This document shows positions 1 to 8,046 of a stretch of 32,000 nucleotides of DNA, one piece after another. The position numbers and the translations under genes are program-made. Origin of the DNA: Prochlorococcus marinus str. NATL2A (GTDB lineage Bacteria > Cyanobacteriota > Cyanobacteriia > PCC-6307 > Cyanobiaceae); NCBI RefSeq assembly GCF_000012465.1, contig NC_007335.2, positions 1,110,001 to 1,142,000 of the forward strand. Reading direction: 5' to 3'. Every line of letters begins with the position of its first letter. The stretch's first letter is position 1. A model generated the notes under the pieces. That model was given only the letters and a program-made list of their open reading frames with translations, was not told the origin of the DNA and did not search any database.

Positions 1-925
1 TTACCCTCATTATAATTATCATCCTGTTTAGTATATATATTTATAGAAGCCTCACCATTTTCATCAGTAATAATTGAGCTCCTTCTATAAGAATATGAAA
101 TGTCGCTACTATCTATTTCAGAACCTGTTATCTCCCAGTAAAGGTAAGAAGACATTTTAACAGGATATGTTTTTACTTTAATATTAATTAACTCGGACTC
201 AACATAAGAAGGTTTATTAGTAATGATTTCATAATCATATTGTAGTGGTTGTCCTATAGAAGTATCAATCAAATAAGGCCATACTGTTTCACCAACCTGC
301 TCAGTATTTTTAGCATCCTTGAAAAGCTTTATACGAAGCAATTCATTCCCTTCAGTAGTTAAATCATTGGCAATAACATGGGAGAAAGTAAACGTTCCAT
401 CAGCACCAACTTTCCCGTATCCATCTAATAAACCAGGAGTGAAATCAGTAGAGTGAATGCCAACTCCTGAAAGATTCCAATATAGGATTGTACCCTCAGC
501 TAAGTTTGTAGTTTCAACGGTTGTCGTAAGAGTTTCACCTTCATCAAGATTCAAAGAAGAAGCCGAAATTTTATAGGTTGGAGGTAATGATGTAGAGGTG
601 TCTAAAATAGTAATTAAATCAGATTTAGCAATCTGATTTTCTCGACTTGGATCATTAAAAAGAAAAATATTGAATGTTTCCGTTCCTTCCGTCGCCAAGT
701 CATTAGCAAATTTATGAGATAAAATTATTTGATTATTAACAACACTATCTGATCCAAGCAACTCACCTAAAGAGAGATCAGAATCTTGAATATTTTCCCC
801 TAAAATAGACCAATAAAGAATAGTTCCATCAGGTACATTAAAAGTACTGATATTTGTTGTGAATGAACTACCTTCATCAGATTCTAATGTAGACGTCGAT
901 ATTGAATAAGGCTTCCTTGTTAGTG
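1..925 (-). repeat. In-frame coding repeat: at least 3 copies of a ~110-114 aa module (period about 335-342 nt)
   Basis: The conserved LYW codons recur near 815, 480 and 138. Each copy also carries the ANDL.TEG.E / DxxxxEG tail motif typical of Calx-beta-like or adhesin Ig-like modules. Confidence 0.7.
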
Positions 926-2348
926 GAGGAGAATTATACCAATCATCAGTGAGAGGATTTGCGAAACCAACTACACCACTAGTCAATTTTGCTGCAATAT
1001 CATCACTATGTGTAGTTCCTGAACCCCATGTAATTACTGACCCATCATTTTTTAAAGCTGCAAAAGAAAGTCCTGAAGCATAGATCTCAATGACATCGCT
1101 CTGAAGTAGATGTGTTGGACTTGTACCCCCAAAGTCTATATAGGGTAAATTCGGACCACCTCCCCAAGTAACTACTGATCCATCATTTTTTAACGCAGCA
1201 AAAGCACAATTATTTGGAACAATACTAACAACATCCTTAGTTAAGGAAGAAAAGACTGAAGAGCTATCTCCCCCAGAATCACTCTTGCCCCAAGTAACAA
1301 CTGATCCATCATTTTTTAACGCAGCAAAAGCATATTCAGTTGCATAAATCGTCTTAACCCCACTAGCAAGTAAATTAGCTACTGAACTACTATCTCCTCC
1401 TGCATTTTTACTACCCCATGTAATTACTGAACCATCATCTTTTAATGCCGCAAAAGCATCTCTAGACGTAAAAATATCACTAACTGCCTCTTGTAGTAGA
1501 TGTTTAACATCGCCAAATAAGATTAAATCCTCATGAAAAGTTACTCCATCAATTGGATAAGGAGTATCAAACTCAGAACCGGAAAGAGGTTCTATATCAA
1601 TACATCCCCAAACGACTACTGAACCATCATTTTTTAATGCAGCAAATGCTTGCCCTGATGTGAAAATTTTACTAACGCCTGTACTTATTAATGAGCTAAC
1701 AGAAGAACTATCACCACCATGAGTATCTCTGCCCCAGGTAACGACTGAGCCGTCATCTTTCAGCGCAGCGAATGCTTTATAGGTCGAATAAATAGATTGA
1801 ACATTACTTTTTAAAAAATTAGCTACTGAACTAATGTCTCCACCGTTTCCCTCCTCCCCCCCTGGATGAGTCCAAGCCACGACCGATCCATCATCCTTAA
1901 CTGCAGCAAATGATGAAACAGTTGAATAAACATCTCGAACACTATTATCTAGTTGAGATCCAACAGTGTCTGTATAGTTTCCCCAACTGATAACGACAGA
2001 GCCATCATCCTTTAATGCTGTGAAACCATTTCCAGAAGAAAAAATCTTTATAACACCACTATTAAGTTTTGGCTCATAAGCACTCCAACCCTCTCCACCT
2101 TTGCCCCACGTAACGACTGAACCATCATTTTTCAAAGCAGCAAATGCTTTGTCACTTGAAAAGAGCTGAATTACTCCATTATTAATCTGATCACTAACAG
2201 AACTACTATCTCCACCATGTGCGCTACTTCCCCAAGTAACGACTGAACCATCATTCTTTAAAGCGGCAAAAGCCTGATTATTTCTAAATTCACTATGTGA
2301 TTTTCCACTAAAAGCAAGGATATTTTTTTCTACACTATGGCTTGTCAT
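1..2348 (-). CDS. Giant repeat-rich protein, probably cell-surface or secreted. Only the N-terminal ~782 codons are here; the gene continues past the window start.
   Basis: Missing from the ORF track because it runs off the edge. I translated the minus strand by hand from the ATG at 2348..2346, and the frame stays open to position 3. It begins MTSHSVEKNILAFSGKSHSEFRNNQAFAALKNDGSVVTWGSSAHGGDSSSVSDQINNGV... It contains ten ~40-45 aa repeats with core [AS]FAALK[ND]DGSV[VI]TWG, which resembles an RCC1-like beta-propeller blade. These are followed by at least three ~110 aa modules (..LxEG....T.V.T.N...GT.LYW...G..I...D... ANDL.TEG.E...I.LF.D). No N-terminal signal peptide is visible. Confidence 0.85.
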   Translation of the reverse strand, partial: MTSHSVEKNILAFSGKSHSEFRNNQAFAALKNDGSVVTWGSSAHGGDSSSVSDQINNGVIQLFSSDKAFAALKNDGSVVTWGKGGEGWSAYEPKLNSGVIKIFSSGNGFTALKDDGSVVISWGNYTDTVGSQLDNSVRDVYSTVSSFAAVKDDGSVVAWTHPGGEEGNGGDISSVANFLKSNVQSIYSTYKAFAALKDDGSVVTWGRDTHGGDSSSVSSLISTGVSKIFTSGQAFAALKNDGSVVVWGCIDIEPLSGSEFDTPYPIDGVTFHEDLILFGDVKHLLQEAVSDIFTSRDAFAALKDDGSVITWGSKNAGGDSSSVANLLASGVKTIYATEYAFAALKNDGSVVTWGKSDSGGDSSSVFSSLTKDVVSIVPNNCAFAALKNDGSVVTWGGGPNLPYIDFGGTSPTHLLQSDVIEIYASGLSFAALKNDGSVITWGSGTTHSDDIAAKLTSGVVGFANPLTDDWYNSPPLTRKPYSISTSTLESDEGSSFTTNISTFNVPDGTILYWSILGENIQDSDLSLGELLGSDSVVNNQIILSHKFANDLATEGTETFNIFLFNDPSRENQIAKSDLITILDTSTSLPPTYKISASSLNLDEGETLTTTVETTNLAEGTILYWNLSGVGIHSTDFTPGLLDGYGKVGADGTFTFSHVIANDLTTEGNELLRIKLFKDAKNTEQVGETVWPYLIDTSIGQPLQYDYEIITNKPSYVESELINIKVKTYPVKMSSYLYWEITGSEIDSSDISYSYRRSSIITDENGEASINIYTKQDDNYNEG
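940..2280 (-). repeat. In-frame coding tandem repeat array: 10 copies, period about 115-140 nt with one ~190 nt spacer
   Basis: The plus-strand motif ccatcat(t/c)tt(t)taa(a/c)gc(a/t)gcaaa(a/t)gc recurs near 1039, 1180, 1308, 1431, 1624, 1751, 1888, 2002, 2119 and 2249. It encodes FAALKxDGSV on the minus strand. Confidence 0.85.
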
Positions 2349-2744
2349 TGTTAACTAATAGAAATCAAGAAAAAACAAAGCATATTAATCTTTCAATATT
2401 ACTATTTTGTATAGAAGACTATAAACGAACAAAGGTATCCCTTTAAACCCAAGGGTAATAAATGAGCAAATGAGATGGCTAAGCAGAAAAAAGCAATTAA
2501 TACTTTTATGGGCTACTGATGAACGATTTCTTGCTATTAGCCCTTATTAAATAAAGAAGATTGACAGCCGATTGCAATCAAAGCAAGTGAAACTGACTTA
2601 TTTCAGTACTGATTAATTTAATGCCTCATTGAACTAGATCAACTATTAAAAAGCTAAAAGGTCTCTATGACAGAAGAAAATTATGCCAAAGCCACCCAAA
2701 GATACCCATAGGATCGCTCACTGATCGCTCAGTCTAATTTCCCA

Positions 2745-2774
2745 TTAAAAAAGCAAGGGCTGGGAACCCTTGCT
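2745..2774 (-). terminator. Rho-independent terminator downstream of tRNA-Pro
   Basis: An 8-bp GC-containing stem pairs AGCAAGGG (2752-2759) with CCCTTGCT (2767-2774) around a 7-nt loop. On the minus strand it is followed by a TTTTTT run (plus-strand A-run 2747-2752). It lies 9 nt past the tRNA 3' end. Confidence 0.65.
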
Positions 2775-2782
2775 ATTACTGA

Positions 2783-2856
2783 TCGGGGCGACAGGATTCG
2801 AACCTGCGACCTAGTGCTCCCAAAGCACCCGCGCTACCAAGCTGCGCCACGCCCCG
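2783..2856 (-). tRNA. tRNA-Pro (anticodon UGG)
   Basis: The reverse complement is CGGGGCGTGGCGCAGCTTGGTAGCGCGGGTGCTTTGGGAGCACTAGGTCGCAGGTTCGAATCCTGTCGCCCCGA (74 nt). It folds as a cloverleaf: 7-bp acceptor stem, D arm GCGC/GCGC, anticodon loop TT-TGG-GA, T loop TTCGAAT. CCA is not encoded. Confidence 0.95.
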
Positions 2857-3274
2857 CAACTATTTAATCTTAAGGCTTCAAAGGTGCTTAATTACGAGGA
2901 TTAAAAAAATATTTCCAAATCAACCCCTTCGAAAAACCATTATTTATATTCTTGGTATTGTAAAAACATGCAGCTAGAACAACCAGAAAAAAATCAATAT
3001 CAAATAAAAAGCAGCCTAAAACAATATGAACTCGTGGGAATTCCTCCTAATAGCTAGGATTGAATTCATTCACAGTGAACCCATTGGCCCCTCATTTAGA
3101 TCACCCTTTTTTAATATTGACTTGGCACTTACTTGTTGGTTACCTTCTTACTGTTAGTTGTGACTGGAACTGGATTCCTTTGACTAAAGAGGAAAAAAAG
3201 AGAGGTCCATCTCTAGATCAAGTTAGAGGTAGAATATTTGGCTGAAAAGTCAAAATATGATAGACATTTATTCG

Positions 3275-3325
3275 AAATCTAAATGTATTAAATCATGAGG
3301 AATTTAATACACTTTTTTTAGATTT
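3275..3325 (+). terminator. Extended stem-loop with T-run; looks like an intrinsic terminator with no annotated gene upstream
   Basis: Inner 9-bp stem: GTATTAAAT (3285-3293) pairs with ATTTAATAC (3302-3310) around the loop catgagga, followed by TTTTTTT (3313-3319). Outer 9-bp stem: AAATCTAAA (3275-3283) pairs with TTTAGATTT (3317-3325). Confidence 0.5.
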
Positions 3326-3800
3326 GCCTTGCAAATAAAGAGACTACGAAAGACAAAAAAGGAATAAAATATTCGAAAATAGTTTTCATTAATTACTACG
3401 AAAAAATTTCAATGATTTTGTCAAAAATCAAAGTTAAATCAACTGGACTTCAATGAGTTGGGATTAATGAAACTCAAAATCCAAACATAAATTTTTATGG
3501 TATCTATAACAAAACCAATAAGAAAAAAAAAAGCTAGTGAAACACATATTTTTAAATGTTACGAATACTAGAGGTAGAGCAATTAAAACCTTTACTTAAA
3601 TTTTTCTATAAATGGGTTAGCTAATTAAAAGCAGTTTTTTTAATTGATTTTAAACTGACTAATTTTTAAAGACTTCTTATTTAAAAATTTAATAGATTCT
3701 TTTAAACACATTTAAAATATTAGTCATAGTTCACTCCTTTTTTATTCACGGAAAGGATAAAAATCTTTCATAATTTGAATATATATACTTAGGCCGGTCA

Positions 3801-4199
3801 GTGAAACTGATACCAAATTTTGCGGAGTTACTGCATGAGGTAAAGCTGCCTGCGGCTGAAAAATGCTTTTCTATTGAAGAAGGCGATGAAAAGTACATCG
3901 AGCAATGGATAAAGGATGGAGAAATAACATGTGAATTGGAAAAACTCTTCAATTGGATAAACCTAGAATACAAATTAAAGAGAACAGATCTAAATGATGA
4001 GGAAAGACAACTTGCTGAAGAAGTAAAAAAGAGATTCCCTGTAGACCAATGGCGTGTTATTAAAATTTTTAGTGATCATCAAAAGAAATATCGTTACTAC
4101 AAAAAGGCAATTGAAGATGTAAAAAGACGAACAACACCTCGAATGAACGAACAAGCAATTATGACCATTTTCAGCCCTGGCTGGGGTATAAATACCTAG
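3801..4199 (+). CDS. Hypothetical soluble protein (132 aa), island ORFan
   Basis: A long ORF in very stop-rich AT DNA with a charged, helical-looking sequence. It has a GTG start, because the frame opens only at 3774 and has no in-frame ATG. I recognise no family. Confidence 0.5.
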   Translation: MKLIPNFAELLHEVKLPAAEKCFSIEEGDEKYIEQWIKDGEITCELEKLFNWINLEYKLKRTDLNDEERQLAEEVKKRFPVDQWRVIKIFSDHQKKYRYYKKAIEDVKRRTTPRMNEQAIMTIFSPGWGINT

Positions 4200-4225
4200 C
4201 GTGGTATAATTACCTATAAGTCGTA

Positions 4226-4333
4226 ATGGATTCTAATCTCATGATCAAAGACTACCCTTTGCTTCCTTTCCTTATTTTTGCAGGAGCATTAGTCAGCACA
4301 GCAACAATTGGTTTGCCTGTATTTGCCGGATAG
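4226..4333 (+). CDS. Mini membrane protein (35 aa), paralog of 8047..8190
   Basis: Hand translation gives MDSNLMIKDYPLLPFLIFAGALVSTATIGLPVFAG plus stop. It is below the ORF-track length cutoff, has one hydrophobic helix, and shares the LPFLxFA...ATIxG core with the 47-aa ORF at 8047. Confidence 0.4.
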   Translation: MDSNLMIKDYPLLPFLIFAGALVSTATIGLPVFAG

Positions 4334-4467
4334 ATAAAAAACACCACAAATTAAATTGGCTAACCTTTAACTTAAAGAAATAAAGTTAAAACAAATAAGT
4401 ATTTGCGGGTATATTTTGAAATTAATAAGAATATATTTTAATAAAGCCCTTTTATTCAGTATTAAAA

Positions 4468-4578
4468 TTATTTTTCTAAAATTGCAGACCAATAATTAAA
4501 AAGAAAATAAGAAGAGTATAAAAACATTCCGAGGTAAACCCAGTTAAGCCATGCTGGACGCTTATTACCGGTAGTCAT
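4468..4578 (-). CDS. Mini membrane protein (36 aa)
   Basis: Hand translation gives MTTGNKRPAWLNWVYLGMFLYSSYFLFNYWSAILEK plus stop. It has an ATG start, sits in a locally GC-richer patch inside AT-rich spacer, and contains one aromatic-rich transmembrane segment. Confidence 0.35.
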   Translation of the reverse strand: MTTGNKRPAWLNWVYLGMFLYSSYFLFNYWSAILEK

Positions 4579-4703
4579 CAACTCTATCAATATATTATCA
4601 ATATATTATACTTATACATATGAGGTTTGACTGAAGGATTCTAAAGCTTTACGTTAATTCTAAAAGTTCAAAACCAAAAGTAATTACATAAGGGGAGGTA
4701 TTT

Positions 4704-5204
4704 ATGAAAAAACGATATAAGTTTCTCCAAAAGCATATGAATGAATTCATCACAACTTTCAATAGTTTAAGAGGAAACATATGGTCATTAAACTTTCCAG
4801 TTTTTCTTTTTGATAGAGATTGGTTTAGGCTCAAAAAAGTCACCCTTTATGATTTAGCCAAAGAACTTAAGCCGGACAACTCTCAAGAGGCCCCTGAATT
4901 AATTCAATATCAACAATTACTCAAAGATGGTCACGAACATTTGCTTGCAATTCAAGAATGTTGGAACGAATTTGGAATAGAAGATTTTCACAGATCCCTT
5001 AGAAACTCGTCTGAATGGAAATCAAAAGGAAACAATGGATGGACATTCAAAAAATACGCTGAACTTCTAACTGGATATAGAAATATTATTGAAAACAAAG
5101 AAATTCGTATACCAATAATTATTTTAGGCAGGAACCCAAATGAAGATCATCAACTTGAATGGATAAGCGAAGAATTCATTTCTGAACTAACATTCGCGGA
5201 TTAA
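4704..5204 (+). CDS. Hypothetical protein (166 aa), island ORFan
   Basis: ATG start preceded by an unusually strong Shine-Dalgarno, AAGGGGAGGT (4690-4699), 4-5 nt upstream. I recognise no family. Confidence 0.6.
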   Translation: MKKRYKFLQKHMNEFITTFNSLRGNIWSLNFPVFLFDRDWFRLKKVTLYDLAKELKPDNSQEAPELIQYQQLLKDGHEHLLAIQECWNEFGIEDFHRSLRNSSEWKSKGNNGWTFKKYAELLTGYRNIIENKEIRIPIIILGRNPNEDHQLEWISEEFISELTFAD

Positions 5205-5234
5205 AAAATATAAATCAGCTCTATAAAAGATCGA

Positions 5235-5432
5235 TCAAGCAATAGTTAAATCATCCGATCTAGTACCCCACTCGGTATCTTCTAAAAGATCAGAGTAGCA
5301 AGAGGCATTTACTAGGTTATATTTTTGAAATTTCCAATCTGAATCTTCGAGATAATCTGAGTACTCAAATGTTTTGGCAAGAAGAGAGAATTCCTTACTA
5401 AAAGGGCACATAGAGATTATGTATTTTTTCAA
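5235..5432 (-). CDS. Small acidic hypothetical protein (65 aa) with an internal duplicated motif
   Basis: Contains YSDYLEDSDW and YSDLLEDTEW about 21 aa apart. The listed start is TTG; an ATG eight codons in (MCPFSKEF...) is an alternative. It is convergent with 4704..5204. Confidence 0.35.
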   Translation of the reverse strand: MKKYIISMCPFSKEFSLLAKTFEYSDYLEDSDWKFQKYNLVNASCYSDLLEDTEWGTRSDDLTIA

Positions 5433-5583
5433 TCATTCACACTACTAAGGATAAAAGCAACTAAATATAATAATTCCTAAAGATTTAGATAGAAAAAATA
5501 AAGTAGCAAAATAAGAAATGACATCCATTTAGATAAAAACCTGTCATAGAATATTAAAACGAGAAAAGGCTTAGTAAAAACGA

Positions 5584-5874
5584 ATGGGTTACATCAAAAA
5601 GGAAAAGGAAGGAGAATTTGATTTCGACAAGCTCCCAGAAGGGATTTATTTCTTTTCAGGTCAAGAGGGATTTGTGAAAATCGAAGTAAATAAAGATGGA
5701 CATCAGTCTTGGGATCTACAAAATTGGTTTGCCTCTTTAGATCCAGACAAAGATGAGGCGCAACATCAAAAAACAATTGAAGACATCAAAAAAAGATTAA
5801 ATGCAGATACTGGAATAATTAATCCTTCTAAAAAACAAGAGAAAAGAAATTTTTTAAACATTTTTAGCCAATAA
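5584..5874 (+). CDS. Hypothetical soluble protein (96 aa)
   Basis: ATG-start ORF with a charged sequence. Its C-terminal motif HQK-TIEDIKKR...NIFS resembles the C-terminus of the 3801..4199 product. Confidence 0.5.
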   Translation: MGYIKKEKEGEFDFDKLPEGIYFFSGQEGFVKIEVNKDGHQSWDLQNWFASLDPDKDEAQHQKTIEDIKKRLNADTGIINPSKKQEKRNFLNIFSQ

Positions 5875-5887
5875 GCAAAATCTAAAC

Positions 5888-6229
5888 CTATTCAAAAAAT
5901 ATAATTACTCGATTTACTGCGAATCCAATTAGAAAATATCTTAACAACGTACACCAAGCATATAAATATACACATTCATAATCTGTCTTTGAGACTTCCT
6001 CTCCTTTATGTATTAATAAAAGATTAAATCTATAATTTGAATTATTTTTAATAATAAGAGCGGCACATAATACTAATGATAGAAATACATTACTATTCAA
6101 AAAGAAAATGAAAGCAATAAAAAAAGAAATATTTGAAATCAAGTCAATTGAGGGAATTAATATAGCAGGCAAAACAAACAGATTAGAGAATATATATACA
6201 ACTCTGCTATGTTTTAGCCAAGAGGACAT
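5888..6229 (-). CDS. Hypothetical integral membrane protein (113 aa, ~3-4 TM)
   Basis: ATG-start ORF with several long hydrophobic stretches. It is convergent with 5584..5874. Confidence 0.45.
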   Translation of the reverse strand: MSSWLKHSRVVYIFSNLFVLPAILIPSIDLISNISFFIAFIFFLNSNVFLSLVLCAALIIKNNSNYRFNLLLIHKGEEVSKTDYECVYLYAWCTLLRYFLIGFAVNRVIIFFE

Positions 6230-6483
6230 GTTCTAAAATATATATATTTATATTTAGCAAACAATTAAGGTTATGGCAATTTTTAAGTCAAAATTGATTA
6301 AAAGAGAAATCAAAAGCCTATAAATAATCTAACCTATTAAGAAAAGGCTGAAGATCATATTCGGAAATAAAAGGTATGAACAGAAATATAAGTTAATTAT
6401 CTAGTACGTCTTTATATATTTTTTTTTCATATATCTAGAAAAGCCATCAAAGAAGTTAAGATTAAAGAGAAATACCTAAAAGA

Positions 6484-6723
6484 ATGAGAATATTTTTGCT
6501 TCTTTCTTTAATCATTTTAACGATTTTTTTGGTTTTCAAAAAAGTTTTTTATTCGGCAAAAAGAAATCTTTTCAAGGATCAAGCTGAATGGTTTAGCAAA
6601 GATATAAAAATAAAATACAGTAAATCGAAAGAAAATTCGACATCAGACAAACATGATAACTATCTAAAAATAATTGCTGACGAATCAAAATTCTATCTAG
6701 AAGAGCAATCAAATCAAGATTAG
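6484..6723 (+). CDS. Hypothetical single-pass membrane protein (79 aa)
   Basis: N-terminal helix MRIFLLLSLIILTIFLVF followed by a charged tail. Confidence 0.45.
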   Translation: MRIFLLLSLIILTIFLVFKKVFYSAKRNLFKDQAEWFSKDIKIKYSKSKENSTSDKHDNYLKIIADESKFYLEEQSNQD

Positions 6724-6779
6724 GAGTACAACCAATTAAATAACCTATAAAAAAATAGAAAGTCTTAAATTAATTAAAA

Positions 6780-7016
6780 ATGTACTATCAATTATTATTC
6801 ATTAATAATATTTATTTCCTTTTAATAAAGGACATTTTACTTGATATGACGATAAATAATCCAATTTTTATTTTTGCCCTAATAACAGTTATTTGGTTCA
6901 TTCCAGGAATTTTAGTTAGAAGGATTAATGAATTAAAACAGATAAAGAAATCAAAAAAGAGACAAGCTGATGCTATTAATAAGCTATATCCCAATTCCAA
7001 AGATTCCTCTAATTAA
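6780..7016 (+). CDS. Hypothetical small membrane protein; the likely true start is the ATG at 6846 (56 aa)
   Basis: MTINNPIFIFALITVIWFIPGILVRR followed by a basic tail. The upstream extension is low-complexity AT-rich sequence. Confidence 0.4.
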   Translation: MYYQLLFINNIYFLLIKDILLDMTINNPIFIFALITVIWFIPGILVRRINELKQIKKSKKRQADAINKLYPNSKDSSN

Positions 7017-7196
7017 CAAAAAATATAGGATTTATTAAGTTTATACTATATATAAACTTATTCTTAGATTATTAGATCTTTTTATAAGTCACTTTTGTTA
7101 ATTATAAATTAAAGCCAAGTCATCAAATAAATATCTTTTAATATTAGAAGTATTATTTTGATATAATGAGTTAATATTAGAAAAAAAAGAGAACCA

Positions 7197-7475
7197 TTGA
7201 TGATTATAAGGAAGCTAGGACAATATGGTGGCTACTTACTTAGTGGAATATTAATTGCATGGCTAATAAATCCAATAGCAGCGCTAGGTTTTCTTGAGAT
7301 CTTTTTTAAAATGACGTTATTAATATCAATTCCCATCTCAGGAGCTTATTTTTTAGATAAGATTATACTATTAAAGTATCAAAAAGTATGGAATATAATT
7401 CTACCTCCGTGGATAATATTAAGTATCTATTTTAGTTTTAGGCTAGTTAAATTACTAGAAAGCCTTATTAATTAA
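7197..7475 (+). CDS. Hypothetical membrane protein (91-92 aa, ~3 TM)
   Basis: TTG at 7197 is immediately followed by ATG at 7200. The sequence is hydrophobic throughout. Confidence 0.45.
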   Translation: MMIIRKLGQYGGYLLSGILIAWLINPIAALGFLEIFFKMTLLISIPISGAYFLDKIILLKYQKVWNIILPPWIILSIYFSFRLVKLLESLIN

Positions 7476-7666
7476 ATAATTTTATCATTTATTAGAATTA
7501 TTGAGGAATTATGTTTTATAAATCGATACTTAATTTATTTGGCGATTATAGATTTCTTCTAATTTAATGAGCCACATTACCCCAAAAAAAGTTTTCCATA
7601 AAATCCTTAGCATTTCTAGAAGTTAAAATATCAGACCTTGTAGAAAGAATTCGTGCTTTATGGATA

Positions 7667-7942
7667 ATGATTAATAGAGTAAAAAATTTGAACAACATGG
7701 TGCTTCCTTTTCTTACTGCAATATTTTTCCCTGATTATGGTTATCAGGGTATTCCTTGGGACTTGTACTTACTTCATTTTTTCTTCTTTGCAATTGTAAT
7801 TCCATTTCATGTAATTATTTTTGCTGCCCGTAGTGCTCAGATCGTCAAGCCAAACGGAGTTAAGGACTGGCTTAAGTGGGAATCCAAGGCAACTAAAGAC
7901 GACTTAGATTCAATGTTTCCAAACGATTTCCCTACCGCTTAA
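7667..7942 (+). CDS. Hypothetical membrane protein (91 aa, 2 TM)
   Basis: ATG-start ORF with two hydrophobic segments and an acidic C-terminal tail. Confidence 0.45.
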   Translation: MINRVKNLNNMVLPFLTAIFFPDYGYQGIPWDLYLLHFFFFAIVIPFHVIIFAARSAQIVKPNGVKDWLKWESKATKDDLDSMFPNDFPTA

Positions 7943-8046
7943 CTCTCTAAAAAGCCTTTTAAAAATGTCCGAATTTATCAAGGTGCTACAACTTCATTAA
8001 ATTTGGGCAATTTTAGGTTTATATAGATACCTGCATCTAAAAAAAA

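Noticed and set aside
940-2280. Regularly spaced repeats that could superficially resemble a CRISPR-like array
   Set aside because: The period is ~115-140 nt. The repeats are in frame within one long open reading frame and encode a conserved peptide motif. They are protein-coding tandem repeats, not CRISPR.
2712-2731. Duplicated GATCGCTCA and, at 28253-28260, CCGATCGG as HIP1-like (GCGATCGC) cyanobacterial repeats
   Set aside because: These are only partial matches to the HIP1 core, occur in single instances and are too short to be meaningful.
2857-2940. Promoter hexamers for tRNA-Pro (TTGAAG / TAAGAT candidates)
   Set aside because: I could not find a -35/-10 pair with acceptable 16-18 nt spacing by eye, so I did not report it as a feature.
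3060-3245. 61-aa TTG-start ORF as a confident CDS
   Set aside because: It has no SD, a non-ATG start and odd composition. I kept it only as one possible explanation for the orphan terminator at 3275-3325.
3746-7000. ORFs 3746..3973 (-), 4649..4843 (-), 5594..5776 (-), 6812..7000 (-)
   Set aside because: Each overlaps a longer and more protein-like ORF on the opposite strand. I kept the longer partner, although in this ORFan region the choice is less certain than elsewhere.
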